Positions 43,211-52,143 of a stretch of 59,364 bases of DNA are shown here, piece by piece; the stretch's first letter is position 1, and each line of letters begins with the position of its first letter. The stretch spans positions 1-59,364 of the forward strand of contig JAQWAC010000003.1 of NCBI GenBank assembly GCA_028707875.1. The letters are read 5' to 3'. The DNA is from Candidatus Peribacteraceae bacterium (GTDB taxonomy: Bacteria > Patescibacteriota > Gracilibacteria > Peribacterales > Peribacteraceae). Made by a program: the position numbers and the translations under genes. A model generated the notes under the pieces. It saw only the letters and a program-made list of their open reading frames with translations, ran no database searches and had not been told where the DNA came from.

Positions 43211-44047
43211 ATGCTTCGTTTTGCCGTTGCCGGCACTCCCCACTCCACTCCCGCGCGTGGCGGAACCGTGGAGGGTCTGATGCAGGCGCATCGGCTCGGC
43301 ATCAACGCCATGGAGATCGAGTGGGTCCAGAGTGTGCCGAAGAGCCCCGAACGCATGGCGGAGATCCGTGAAACGGCCGAGGCACTCGGCATCACCCTCA
43401 CGGTCCATGCTCCGTACTTCGTCAATCTGAATTCGCCTGAGAAAGCAAAGCTGGCCGCAAGCAAGCGACGCGTGCTGGATGCGCTTGCAATGGCGGAGTT
43501 GTGCGGAGCCCGTTCCGTCTGCGTCCACGCAGCCTTCAATCTTGGACTGCCTCCGGAACAGGTATTTGAGAATGTCCGGTGCGCTACCGAAGACATCATG
43601 AAGAGCAAAGCGAAGCTCTTCCCCCATGTGAATCTTGCGTACGAAACGATGGGCAAGCCCACTCAATTCGGAACATTGGAGGACGTTTTGAAGATCAGCA
43701 AGGAATTCGGCAATTACCCCTGCGTCGATCCCGCCCACATGCACGCCCGCACAAACGGCCTGATCAACTCGACGAAGGAATGGAATGAGATGCTTGATCT
43801 CTATGAGAACTCCCTCGGCAAGAAGGCGCTGAAGTCGGTCCACATGCACTTCTCCGGAATCGCCTACACGGTCAAGGGCGAGCGCATGCACCTGCCATTG
43901 CAGAAGAGTGATGCGAGGTGGAAAGACTTCATCGGCGTACTTAAGGAGAAGAAGATTGAGGGAACGGTCGTGTGCGAGTCACCGCTTCTGGAAGAGGACA
44001 CATTGCTCATGCAACATACGTATCAGAAATTGATAATGGATAATTGA
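43211..44047 (+). CDS. Xylose-isomerase-like TIM-barrel protein, endonuclease IV-like
   Basis: TVHAPYFVNLNSPE and VCVHAAF resemble Nfo/AP-endonuclease-2 motifs. TATACT lies 6 nt before the ATG. Confidence 0.7.
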   Translation: MLRFAVAGTPHSTPARGGTVEGLMQAHRLGINAMEIEWVQSVPKSPERMAEIRETAEALGITLTVHAPYFVNLNSPEKAKLAASKRRVLDALAMAELCGARSVCVHAAFNLGLPPEQVFENVRCATEDIMKSKAKLFPHVNLAYETMGKPTQFGTLEDVLKISKEFGNYPCVDPAHMHARTNGLINSTKEWNEMLDLYENSLGKKALKSVHMHFSGIAYTVKGERMHLPLQKSDARWKDFIGVLKEKKIEGTVVCESPLLEEDTLLMQHTYQKLIMDN

Positions 44048-44109
44048 TAATGGATAATTGCGAACTTCGAAATAACATGTCCATTTTCCATTATCCATTT
44101 TCCATTACC
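44027..44109. repeat. Tandem and inverted AATGGATAATTG / CCATT(A/T)T(C)C array
   Basis: TTGATAATGGATAA x2 (44030-44057), a 20-nt spacer, then an inverted arm TCCATTTTCCATTATCCATTTTCCATTACC (44080-44109). 24 of 29 arm positions are complementary. Confidence 0.6.
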
Positions 44110-44160
44110 AAAACGGGTCAATTATTTGGTACACTCACGACATATTTTCTCCATCATAGT

Positions 44161-45165
44161 ATGAACATTGCCATCAACGGATTCGGACGCATCGGCCGCC
44201 AGACGTTACGCATCGCTCTGGAGAGTCACCCGGATGTGCATGTGGTCGCCATCAACGACCTCACGGATGGGGCGACGCTTGCGCATCTCTTTGAGTTCGA
44301 TTCCACCTACGGACGATTCGAAGCGGAGGCGGAATTCAAGAACGGCAAGCTTTCGACAAAACATGGAGATGTCGTCCTCACTGCGGAAAAAGATCCTTCG
44401 GTACTGCCCTACAAAGATCTCAAAGTGGATATCGTGCTCGAATGTACCGGTAAGTTCACCAAACGCGAAGAGGCCGCTCTGCACCTGAAGGCCGGCGCAA
44501 AGAAGGTCATCATTTCCGCGCCGGGAAAAGATGAAGTGGACGGAACGTTCGTGATCGGCGTGAACCACGAGACCTACGACCCCAAGAAGATGCATGTGAT
44601 CTCGAACGCCTCCTGCACCACCAACTGCCTCGCGCCGATGGCCAAAGTCCTCAACGACTCGTTCGGCATCACGTACGGTCTCATGACGACGATCCACAGC
44701 TACACGAACGACCAGAAGCTGCTCGATCTGCCGCACAAAGATCTGCGCCGTGCGCGCGCGGCGGCGATCAATATGATCCCGACGAGCACCGGTGCCGCGA
44801 AGGCCATCGGGCTCGTGATTCCGGAACTGAAAGGCAAGATGAACGGGGTTTCCATCCGCGTGCCGACACCCACAGGCAGCATCACGGATCTGACGGTCGT
44901 AACGGCAAAGCCGACGACAGTGGAGGAAGTGAATGCCGCATTCGAGGAGGCGTCGAAGGGAAAAATGAAAGGCATTCTCGGCTGTGAGACGCGCCCGCTC
45001 GTGCTGCAGGATTACGTCATGGATCCCCGCAGCTCCATTATCGACGCTCCGCTCACTCAGGTGATCGGCGGCACGCTGGTGAAGACCTTCTCGTGGTATG
45101 ACAACGAGTGGGGATACTCGAACAGGCTCGTGGAGCTGGCGGAGTACATCGGGAAGAAGTTGTAG
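44161..45165 (+). CDS. gap: Glyceraldehyde-3-phosphate dehydrogenase, paralog 2
   Basis: MNIAINGFGRIGR, ASCTTNCLAP and WYDNEWGYSNRLVELAEYIGKKL. Start at ATG 44161. Confidence 0.95.
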   Translation: MNIAINGFGRIGRQTLRIALESHPDVHVVAINDLTDGATLAHLFEFDSTYGRFEAEAEFKNGKLSTKHGDVVLTAEKDPSVLPYKDLKVDIVLECTGKFTKREEAALHLKAGAKKVIISAPGKDEVDGTFVIGVNHETYDPKKMHVISNASCTTNCLAPMAKVLNDSFGITYGLMTTIHSYTNDQKLLDLPHKDLRRARAAAINMIPTSTGAAKAIGLVIPELKGKMNGVSIRVPTPTGSITDLTVVTAKPTTVEEVNAAFEEASKGKMKGILGCETRPLVLQDYVMDPRSSIIDAPLTQVIGGTLVKTFSWYDNEWGYSNRLVELAEYIGKKL

Positions 45166-45338
45166 AATCCACGGATTTCGATAATTTGGCTAATCTAAGC
45201 CAAGAATTGGTCATTGAGGCGATTATCCCATGAGCGCACGTAACCTCAAACACACGGCTTTTTCTAAATATGGCTTTTCAAAGCTAAAACTAGCTGGCAA
45301 GTCCTTTTACTTGTCTCATTCTTCTAACAACCAGTAAT

Positions 45339-45890
45339 ATGCAGGATATGAATACTCTTTTGGCACCAGAGCGGGTGGAAGAGCTAAAGTCTTTAGCAAA
45401 TCAGGTGAATGCAAATGCTTTAAAAGAAGAAGATCCACTCAAGCGTCTGCTTGGAATAGCAGAGCAGAATGGGATTAAAGTTATGCAATCAGACTTGTAC
45501 GAAATATCTGGTGCTCTTAGAAAAGAGGGTAATCATTGGGTTATTTATGTGAACGCTTTTGATTCACCCAAAAGACAATTGTTCACAATTGCACATGAAT
45601 TAGGACATTTCTTTGCGCACAAAGAAAAATGTGATGAATTTATAGATGGGCAGTTTATTTCTCGTGCAAAACAGGAAGAATTTGCGAGAGAAAAAACTGA
45701 ATTAGAAGCAAATGAATTTGCTGGCAATCTAATTATGCCAGAAGACAAAGTGCGAGCATTAGCTGTTGGGGTAATCAATGCGGACACAATTAGATCACTT
45801 GCTAAGTCATTTGGGGTGTCCACTATCGCAATGCAAACGCGGTTACACAATTTGGGTTATGACACCTCCGCCACCAGACAGGCAGCCTAA
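45339..45890 (+). CDS. ImmA/IrrE-family metallopeptidase (DUF955)
   Basis: HELGH zinc motif in the typical ImmA context (FTIAHELGHFFAH ... EANEFAGNLIMP). AT-rich. Confidence 0.8.
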   Translation: MQDMNTLLAPERVEELKSLANQVNANALKEEDPLKRLLGIAEQNGIKVMQSDLYEISGALRKEGNHWVIYVNAFDSPKRQLFTIAHELGHFFAHKEKCDEFIDGQFISRAKQEEFAREKTELEANEFAGNLIMPEDKVRALAVGVINADTIRSLAKSFGVSTIAMQTRLHNLGYDTSATRQAA

Positions 45891-46131
45891 TAGTTTTCAA
45901 GAATGGCATGGGATTCCATTTGTGCCAAACATGAACGATGAATTGCAACACGCACTTGCAGAAGAAATGGCTGCAAATACTGAACACAAAAGAGAAGAAA
46001 CAAAAGTATATAAAAGGAAAAATTGGCTATGGGGATGGGGCACAAGACTTCTTGGTTTTTTTATCATTGCAGGACTTCTTGCAATAGGATTCGTCGCTGG
46101 TTATGGGGTAAGATCGCTAATGATACAATAG
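45859..46131 (+). CDS. Small C-terminally TM-anchored protein (90 aa)
   Basis: ATG 45859 overlaps the ImmA gene end by 32 nt. MTPPPPDRQPNSF...WLWGWGTRLLGFFIIAGLLAIGFVAGYGV. Confidence 0.4.
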   Translation: MTPPPPDRQPNSFQEWHGIPFVPNMNDELQHALAEEMAANTEHKREETKVYKRKNWLWGWGTRLLGFFIIAGLLAIGFVAGYGVRSLMIQ

Positions 46132-47110
46132 ACCATATGCCTAAAGAAGACACTGGTAGGCACCGATTCGAGAAGCTGCTGCGACGTGCGGAAGGGCTAC
46201 CCGACCAATCAGAATGTCGAACAGGTGAGAATCAGTCCGACGACCATTGTTGTAACGGAAAACAAACTCTCCGAGGTAAGAAGAAAGATACTTAGGGGAG
46301 ACAACGTGGTATGTGCCATCAATGCTCCTTTTGAGTTGCGACCAAAATCCCTCAATTGTGTTTGTATGTGTGGTTCCGTCCACGTACTGCCGTGCAGAGT
46401 GATTCACGGAGGAGTGAGCATAACCCTCAATGTGCGCGATATTTTTGTACGCCCTCCAGTCATCCGTGAGGAGCTTCGCACCCTTTGCCACATTGCTGCG
46501 GATATGCACCAAGAGACTCTGTTCCGTGCAGTCTTTTACGATTGAGGCATTGACCTTGCCCTTACGCTGGACGGAGCCAAACACGATAGTCTTGTTCGTG
46601 TTGCGGTTCTTCCATCCCTTCGCCTTCCCACCAATCCATGTTTCGTCTGCCTCCACTTCTCCAGTCTGCAATACGGGCTCGTCATTCATCAGCTTTCGGA
46701 TTTCCTGCGCCATGCGCCAAGCCGTCTTGTACGTCACCTGTAGCTCACGCTGCAATTCCTTGGCTGCTACGCCGTTCCGTGACTGTGAGAACAGATATAT
46801 GGCAAAGAACCATTTCACAAGATCAGTGGAGGAGTGTTCAAAGATCGTTCCCTCTTTTGGGAAGATATGGTGCTTTCCGCAAGAGCAGGAGAAGCGAGCA
46901 CGGGATGCGATACGGTGATACTGATTCACACGCTTGCAGACAGGGCAGACAGGCTTTGGGAATCTGTCTCTAAAGAGCCTTTCTAGACAGGTGTCATTGT
47001 CTGGGTATTCTTCGTGGAAGCGAAGAATGGAGAGAATCGGCTTTTTCATGGAAGATTGGGGAACTGCCCCAAAGTTACTCCTCTACTTACGTGCCGTCAA
47101 GGGATAATCG
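46132..47110 (-). mobile_element. IS1595-family insertion sequence (boundaries not resolved)
   Basis: Contains the transposase gene. I could not identify terminal inverted repeats or a target duplication by eye. Confidence 0.4.
46141..47049 (-). CDS. IS1595-family DDE transposase
   Basis: N-terminal Zn-ribbon (CPVCKRVNQYHRIASRARFSCSCGKHH), HTH, and a DDE core (ADETWIGG, LLTDDWRAY, NTIEGFWSQLKR). 302 aa, apparently intact. Confidence 0.9.
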   Translation of the reverse strand: MKKPILSILRFHEEYPDNDTCLERLFRDRFPKPVCPVCKRVNQYHRIASRARFSCSCGKHHIFPKEGTIFEHSSTDLVKWFFAIYLFSQSRNGVAAKELQRELQVTYKTAWRMAQEIRKLMNDEPVLQTGEVEADETWIGGKAKGWKNRNTNKTIVFGSVQRKGKVNASIVKDCTEQSLLVHIRSNVAKGAKLLTDDWRAYKNIAHIEGYAHSSVNHSARQYVDGTTHTNTIEGFWSQLKRSIDGTYHVVSPKYLSSYLGEFVFRYNNGRRTDSHLFDILIGRVALPHVAAASRIGAYQCLL

Positions 47111-47160
47111 CCGTCATTGATATCATTGACTATATTCTTAAGTTATTCATAATCACCTAT

Positions 47161-47568
47161 GTGACCTCCTCCCCTGAACTCACGCAATCGACTCCATTGG
47201 GAGAAGCGGAAAATTCCTTCGTACAACTGAAACACCAACTGCGAACCGGATGGGATAAAGTGGAAATGCGAACGCTCTTCTCCCTCGAAGAAGCGATCGT
47301 CTGTTGTCTTCTTGTTCAGAAACCGACCAACGAAGAACTGCAACGTTTGGCCACTCTTTATCATGCATCACAAAAAGCATGGATGGCCATCTTCGGAACG
47401 GTTAGACCTTATGAGGATATCGAAAAACATCTTACGCGCAGTCTAGCGCCTGTCAAAGACGCGGAGTTTGAACGATTGTGTTGCAAGGCTGATTCACTCA
47501 TTGGTGATCTCAAAGCGTGTGCACGGATTCTTTTCCGCAATCTTCTGCAGTCGATCCTGCGAAGGTAA
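47161..47568 (+). CDS. Hypothetical protein (135 aa from GTG)
   Basis: In-frame GTG of track ORF 47014..47568. No recognisable domain. The start is uncertain. Confidence 0.35.
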   Translation: MTSSPELTQSTPLGEAENSFVQLKHQLRTGWDKVEMRTLFSLEEAIVCCLLVQKPTNEELQRLATLYHASQKAWMAIFGTVRPYEDIEKHLTRSLAPVKDAEFERLCCKADSLIGDLKACARILFRNLLQSILRR

Positions 47569-47570
47569 GC

Positions 47571-47615
47571 AGGCAAGCTCGCCCCTCCAGATGGGAAGGG
47601 GTAGGGTGAGGGCGG
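47571..47615 (-). repeat. Possible degenerate, internally deleted R2 copy
   Basis: Shares AGGCAAGCTC and GGGAAGGG-T-GGG...GGG with the plus-strand reading of copy 3. Confidence 0.25.
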
Positions 47616-47659
47616 ATGATCACACTCCCGGTCAATGAAACCAGCAGCAGCACTCCTGC

Positions 47660-47719
47660 AGCAATTTCTCCAAATACCTCTTGAAGCTTGCGGAGTACAT
47701 CGGGAGTACGTTGTCATGA
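47660..47719 (+). pseudogene. Relic of a gap 3' end
   Basis: ...LLKLAEYIGSTLS* versus gap ...LVELAEYIGKKL*. 16-nt identical core GCGGAGTACATCGGGA (47690-47705 = 45139-45154). An in-frame TGA lies upstream. Confidence 0.55.
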
Positions 47720-47750
47720 TCTGTTGAATGACATTTATGTCGCCACACTT

Positions 47751-48326
47751 TCAAATTTCCGCACGCTTCTCTTTTGTAGGGAATATGAACATCTGATCAG
47801 GGCGGAGAACGAGGAGCACTTCTCTGCCCGTTTTCTCATTGATTGCACGAATATGAATGAGCGTGGGGGCAATGGCGCCGTCCTCCACGGGCAAGCCGCT
47901 ATCATGCGCGGAGAATCGCAGCGACTCACAAATGTCAGCAACCGTTTGAAAATTATTGCCGGCAATCATGCTTTCCAACAGTCGATCCCCTTCGTCCTCG
48001 GACAGCGCGAGCAGTTCTTCCGCCCTCACGCGGATCTCACCCCATTCCACTTCATGTTCGGTATGGCACATCTCATTCTCTGCCTCCTCTCTGCAAGCAT
48101 CATCTGCAGATCGCCGCCTCTCCTCCTCGTCCACCGCCAAAATCGCCAAAACGCGAAAAAGTGTTTGACGCATTGATGGGCCATTTACATCATCGCAATC
48201 GACATCGTCCGCTGCCGAAGGGCCGGATACGATTTCGGGAACCAAAGGGCCCTCCCCCTGACCTGCAGTATTTGAAATGGAATCTCCCGACATTGGAGCG
48301 GAATTCTCCTCTTTCGCGATCAGCAT
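47751..48326 (-). CDS. Acidic hypothetical protein (191 aa)
   Basis: Lies 85 nt downstream of dnaK on the same strand. Competes with the antisense ORF 47688..48176. No recognisable domain. Confidence 0.45.
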   Translation of the reverse strand: MLIAKEENSAPMSGDSISNTAGQGEGPLVPEIVSGPSAADDVDCDDVNGPSMRQTLFRVLAILAVDEEERRRSADDACREEAENEMCHTEHEVEWGEIRVRAEELLALSEDEGDRLLESMIAGNNFQTVADICESLRFSAHDSGLPVEDGAIAPTLIHIRAINEKTGREVLLVLRPDQMFIFPTKEKRAEI

Positions 48327-48410
48327 GCAAGTGGTGTTCCACTCAATTTTTAATCCTTATCATCCGCCCGCTTTCGTCCTGCTGCCGCAGACTGCGCCGC
48401 GACAAGTCGC

Positions 48411-50318
48411 CTATTTCGCGTCTTTTTCGTCCACGACCTCCGCATCGACCACCTTCTCTTTCTTCCCGTCCTTACCCTCTTTACCTTCCTTCCCTTCTTT
48501 CCCCTTCTTCTGTGCCTCTTCATACACGATCTTCCCGATTTCCATCGCCTCGTCACTGAGCTTGTCGGTCGCCTTCTTGATGTCCTCGGAAGAAGCATCC
48601 TTGTTCTTCAGAAGATCCCTGAGCTCGTTCATACGGGTGTTCACCTTCTTCTTCAGCTCGTCGGGGATTTTGGCATCGTGATCACGCATCTGCTTCTCCA
48701 GATTGAAGATAAGTGCATCGGCACCGTTGCGGATATCGATTGCCTCGCGCTTCTTCTTGTCTTCCTCGGCATGCACCTCGGCATCTTTCTTCATTTGTTC
48801 CACTTCGTCCTTGGAGAGGCCCGTGGAACCTTTGATCGCAATGTGCTGCTCCTTGCCGGTGCCAAGGTCCTTGGCCGTCACATGCAGGATACCGTTCGTA
48901 TCGATGTCGAACGCGACCTCGATCTGGGGAACACCGCGCGGAGCGGGCGGAATCCCGTCAAGAATGAAGCGCCCGAGGGACTTGCTGTCCGCCGCCATCT
49001 CGCGCTCGCCCTGCACCACGTGGATTTCAACGGACGGCTGGTGATCCGCGGCCGTGGAGAAGATCTGGCTCTTCTTCGTCGGGATCTTGGTGTTCCGCTC
49101 GATGAGTTTGGTCGCGACTCCTCCGAGCGTCTCGATGCCCAGTGAGAGCGGCGTCACGTCCACGAGCACGATATCCTTGTGAATGTCACCGCCGAGCACG
49201 CCCCCCTGCACCGCGGCGCCGATCGCCACGACCTCGTCGGGATTCACGCCCATGTGCGGCTCCTTGCCGAAGAGCTCCTTCACCTTCTTCTGCACCGCGG
49301 GCATGCGGGTCATTCCTCCCACGAGCACCACTTCATCGATGTCGCTCATCTTCAACTTGGCATCCTTGAGCGCGTTCTCACAGGGCTTCACCGTGCGGTC
49401 AATCAGGCTCTCCACGAGCGTCTCCAGTTTGGCGCGGCTGAGCTTGATCGCAAGATGCTTGGGTCCGGAAGCGTCCGCCGTGATGAACGGCAGATTGACT
49501 TCCGTTTGCGTGGCGGACGAGAGTTCAATTTTCGCCTTCTCCGCAGCCTCACGGACGCGCTGCATCGCAATGCCATCTTTCTTCAGATCGATTCCCTGAT
49601 CCTTCCTGAACTCCTCCAGCAGCCACTCCACAATGACCTGATCGAAGTCATCGCCGCCGAGGTGCGTGTCGCCGTTGGTGGAGACCACTTCAAAGACGCC
49701 GTCACCGAGCTCCAGCACGGAAACGTCGAACGTGCCTCCGCCGAGGTCATACACGACGATCGTATGCTCATGTCCTTTGTCGAGTCCGTACGCCAGCGCG
49801 GCGGCCGTCGGTTCATTGATGATGCGCACAACTTCCAGCCCCGCGATCTCCCCCGCTTCCTTGGTGGCCTGACGCTGCGAGTCATCGAAGTACGCCGGCA
49901 CCGTGATGACGGCCTTCTCCACCTTGGTCCCCAGGTACGCCTCTGCATCACGCTTCAGTTTCTGGAGCACCTGCGCGCTGACTTCCTGCGGGAGCATTTT
50001 CTTGCCATTCACCTCCATCATCGCGCGTCCTTCTTTCCCTTCGAACACCGTAAAGGACATACGCTTGGCTTCCTCCTTCACCTCCTCATAACGACGACCG
50101 ACAAAGCGCTTGGCCGAGTAGACCGTGCTCTTGGGGTTCGTCACCGCCTGACGCTTGGCCGTCACCCCTACGAGAATCTCGCCATCATCTTTGTACGTGA
50201 CGACGGAGGGTGTGGTGCGATTCCCTTCCGCGTTCGCGATCACGACGGGCTCGCCGCCTTCAACGACGGAAACGCAGGAATTTGTGGTGCCAAGGTCGAT
50301 TCCAATGATTTTGGACAT
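48411..50318 (-). CDS. dnaK: Molecular chaperone DnaK (Hsp70)
   Basis: [21 protein letters not shown] and [11 protein letters not shown]. 635 aa with a KEG-repeat tail. Confidence 0.97.
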   Translation of the reverse strand: MSKIIGIDLGTTNSCVSVVEGGEPVVIANAEGNRTTPSVVTYKDDGEILVGVTAKRQAVTNPKSTVYSAKRFVGRRYEEVKEEAKRMSFTVFEGKEGRAMMEVNGKKMLPQEVSAQVLQKLKRDAEAYLGTKVEKAVITVPAYFDDSQRQATKEAGEIAGLEVVRIINEPTAAALAYGLDKGHEHTIVVYDLGGGTFDVSVLELGDGVFEVVSTNGDTHLGGDDFDQVIVEWLLEEFRKDQGIDLKKDGIAMQRVREAAEKAKIELSSATQTEVNLPFITADASGPKHLAIKLSRAKLETLVESLIDRTVKPCENALKDAKLKMSDIDEVVLVGGMTRMPAVQKKVKELFGKEPHMGVNPDEVVAIGAAVQGGVLGGDIHKDIVLVDVTPLSLGIETLGGVATKLIERNTKIPTKKSQIFSTAADHQPSVEIHVVQGEREMAADSKSLGRFILDGIPPAPRGVPQIEVAFDIDTNGILHVTAKDLGTGKEQHIAIKGSTGLSKDEVEQMKKDAEVHAEEDKKKREAIDIRNGADALIFNLEKQMRDHDAKIPDELKKKVNTRMNELRDLLKNKDASSEDIKKATDKLSDEAMEIGKIVYEEAQKKGKEGKEGKEGKDGKKEKVVDAEVVDEKDAK

Positions 50319-50388
50319 AATAATAAGGGGGTTAGCACTCTGGAGTTTAGAGTGCTAAATTCCCCGGGTCAAGTTCTTCGCGCGCTTC

Positions 50389-50685
50389 CTATTCCGTGAC
50401 TTTCGCATCGGATTTCTGCCCCAGAACGATGGCAACTCTGTTCGCAAAGATACCGCCGGCTCCCGCGACAACCTCATGAAAAGCCACCGGCAAATGCCTG
50501 TCCAGAAAACGAATCGCGGAACAATATCTCTTCACTCTCTCCGAGACAACTGCATCCGGATTTGCTTCGAGCTCCAGAAGCTCTTTCACATCTCTGTCAT
50601 CAAGCATTGAATCAAGTTTCTGCAGACCGCCGATAAGGTCCTGATCGACTGCAGATAAGGCTTCTGACTGACCGGCTGAAGACAT
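50389..50685 (-). CDS. Hypothetical protein (98 aa)
   Basis: ATG 50685, 70 nt upstream of dnaK on the same strand. Divergent from obg. Not GrpE-like. Confidence 0.45.
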   Translation of the reverse strand: MSSAGQSEALSAVDQDLIGGLQKLDSMLDDRDVKELLELEANPDAVVSERVKRYCSAIRFLDRHLPVAFHEVVAGAGGIFANRVAIVLGQKSDAKVTE

Positions 50686-50755
50686 ATTTTATTGGGAAAA
50701 TAATAAGGGATCGACTATTCTACGGTGGAGATTATTTGTCAATCATTCACCATCC

Positions 50756-52060
50756 ATGTTCCTCGATCACGCCACCATCGATGTCACCGGCGGTCGCGGC
50801 GGTCACGGCTGCATCGGCTGGCGCCATGAAAAGTTCATTCCCTTGGGCGGTCCGAACGGCGGGGACGGCGGCAGAGGCGGGAATGTCATCCTTGTCACGG
50901 ATGCGAACACCGATACCCTCAGCGACTTCGCTGCCCGCAAACGCTTCCATGCAGAGGAGGGCGGCAACGGCATGATCAAGGACTGCCACGGCAAAGACGG
51001 AAAGGATCTGATCCTCCTTGTTCCGCACGGCACGATGATCATGGATGCCGGGAGCGGCTCACTCATCGCGGATCTGAAGAATCCCGGTGATCGCGTGACG
51101 GTGGCGCGGGGCGGCCGCGGCGGATTCGGGAACGCGCACTTCAAGAGCGCGATCCGGCGGAAACCCGACTTCGCGGAGAAGGGAGAGCCCGGCGAGCATC
51201 GGAATATCAAGCTGGAACTGAAGCTTGTGGCGGACGCGGGCATCATCGGGTATCCGAGCGTCGGCAAGTCGACGCTGATTTCCGTGGTGAGTTCCGCACG
51301 CCCGAAGATCGCTCCCTATCCCTTTACGACGCTCATCCCGAATCTGGGCGTGGTCAACGTGGCCGGACGCCGGTTCATCCTGTGCGACGTACCCGGACTG
51401 ATCGAAGGTGCCAGCGAGGGCAAGGGCCTCGGCGATCAGTTCCTGCGGCATATCGAACGGTGCGGCATCCTCATTCATCTTCTGGACCTCAGTCGCGCTC
51501 TCATGGAAGACGGTTCGCTCGATCCTGCGACGCTGGTCAACGACTACCGTGCCATCCGTCACGAACTCGCAGCATTCTCCCCCGTTCTCGCGAAGAAGAA
51601 GGAGATCATCGTTCTGAACAAGATCGACCTCACCACCGAGAAACTCACTCCCCTCCTCCAGGCGCTGAAAAAGAAAAAGATCATCGTCGATGCCCAAATC
51701 TCCGCCGCCACGAAGAACGGAACGGATGCGCTCATGAAAAAACTCCTCCCGCTGATCCTGAAGGAACGCACGAAGCGCGATGTTGCTTCCGGAGAGAGCG
51801 ACGTTCCTGTTTTGCGCCCGCAGGAAGACACCAAGCGAATGAAAGACTTCACGGTGGAAGAGACCGGTGCCGATGCAGTCATCGTTCACGGAACACGCCT
51901 GGAACAATTCGTGACCATGACCGACTTCACGAATGAGGAATCCGTCAGACGCTTCCGCGACGTTCTGAAAAAAATCGGGCTTTTGGCTTCGCTTCGCCAC
52001 TCTCGGGAAAGCGGAAAACACATCTTCATCGGAAAGACGCAGGTGGATCGTCACGTGTAG
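50756..52060 (+). CDS. obg: GTPase Obg/CgtA
   Basis: Gly-rich Obg fold (GGRGGHGCIGWRHEKFIPLGGPNGGDGGRGG), G1 GYPSVGKST and a C-terminal OCT-like domain. Confidence 0.95.
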   Translation: MFLDHATIDVTGGRGGHGCIGWRHEKFIPLGGPNGGDGGRGGNVILVTDANTDTLSDFAARKRFHAEEGGNGMIKDCHGKDGKDLILLVPHGTMIMDAGSGSLIADLKNPGDRVTVARGGRGGFGNAHFKSAIRRKPDFAEKGEPGEHRNIKLELKLVADAGIIGYPSVGKSTLISVVSSARPKIAPYPFTTLIPNLGVVNVAGRRFILCDVPGLIEGASEGKGLGDQFLRHIERCGILIHLLDLSRALMEDGSLDPATLVNDYRAIRHELAAFSPVLAKKKEIIVLNKIDLTTEKLTPLLQALKKKKIIVDAQISAATKNGTDALMKKLLPLILKERTKRDVASGESDVPVLRPQEDTKRMKDFTVEETGADAVIVHGTRLEQFVTMTDFTNEESVRRFRDVLKKIGLLASLRHSRESGKHIFIGKTQVDRHV

Positions 52061-52143
52061 AAATACTGCGATACTACCCTCACGGGAATTTTCAACTCAT
52101 TCTGGGCCGCAACTCCATATTTTTCGATAGGATTCCCTACCGT

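Noticed and set aside
44027-44109. Possible CRISPR-like array (short direct repeats).
   Set aside because: There are only two 14-nt tandem units with no spacers, followed by their inverted counterpart. No cas genes were seen, and no regular repeat-spacer periodicity exists anywhere in the window.
47688-48176. 162-aa plus-strand ORF starting inside the gap 3' relic.
   Set aside because: Its start is the TTG inside the duplicated gap fragment, and it is antisense to a slightly longer acidic ORF co-oriented with dnaK. Neither has motifs, so the minus-strand call is only weakly preferred.
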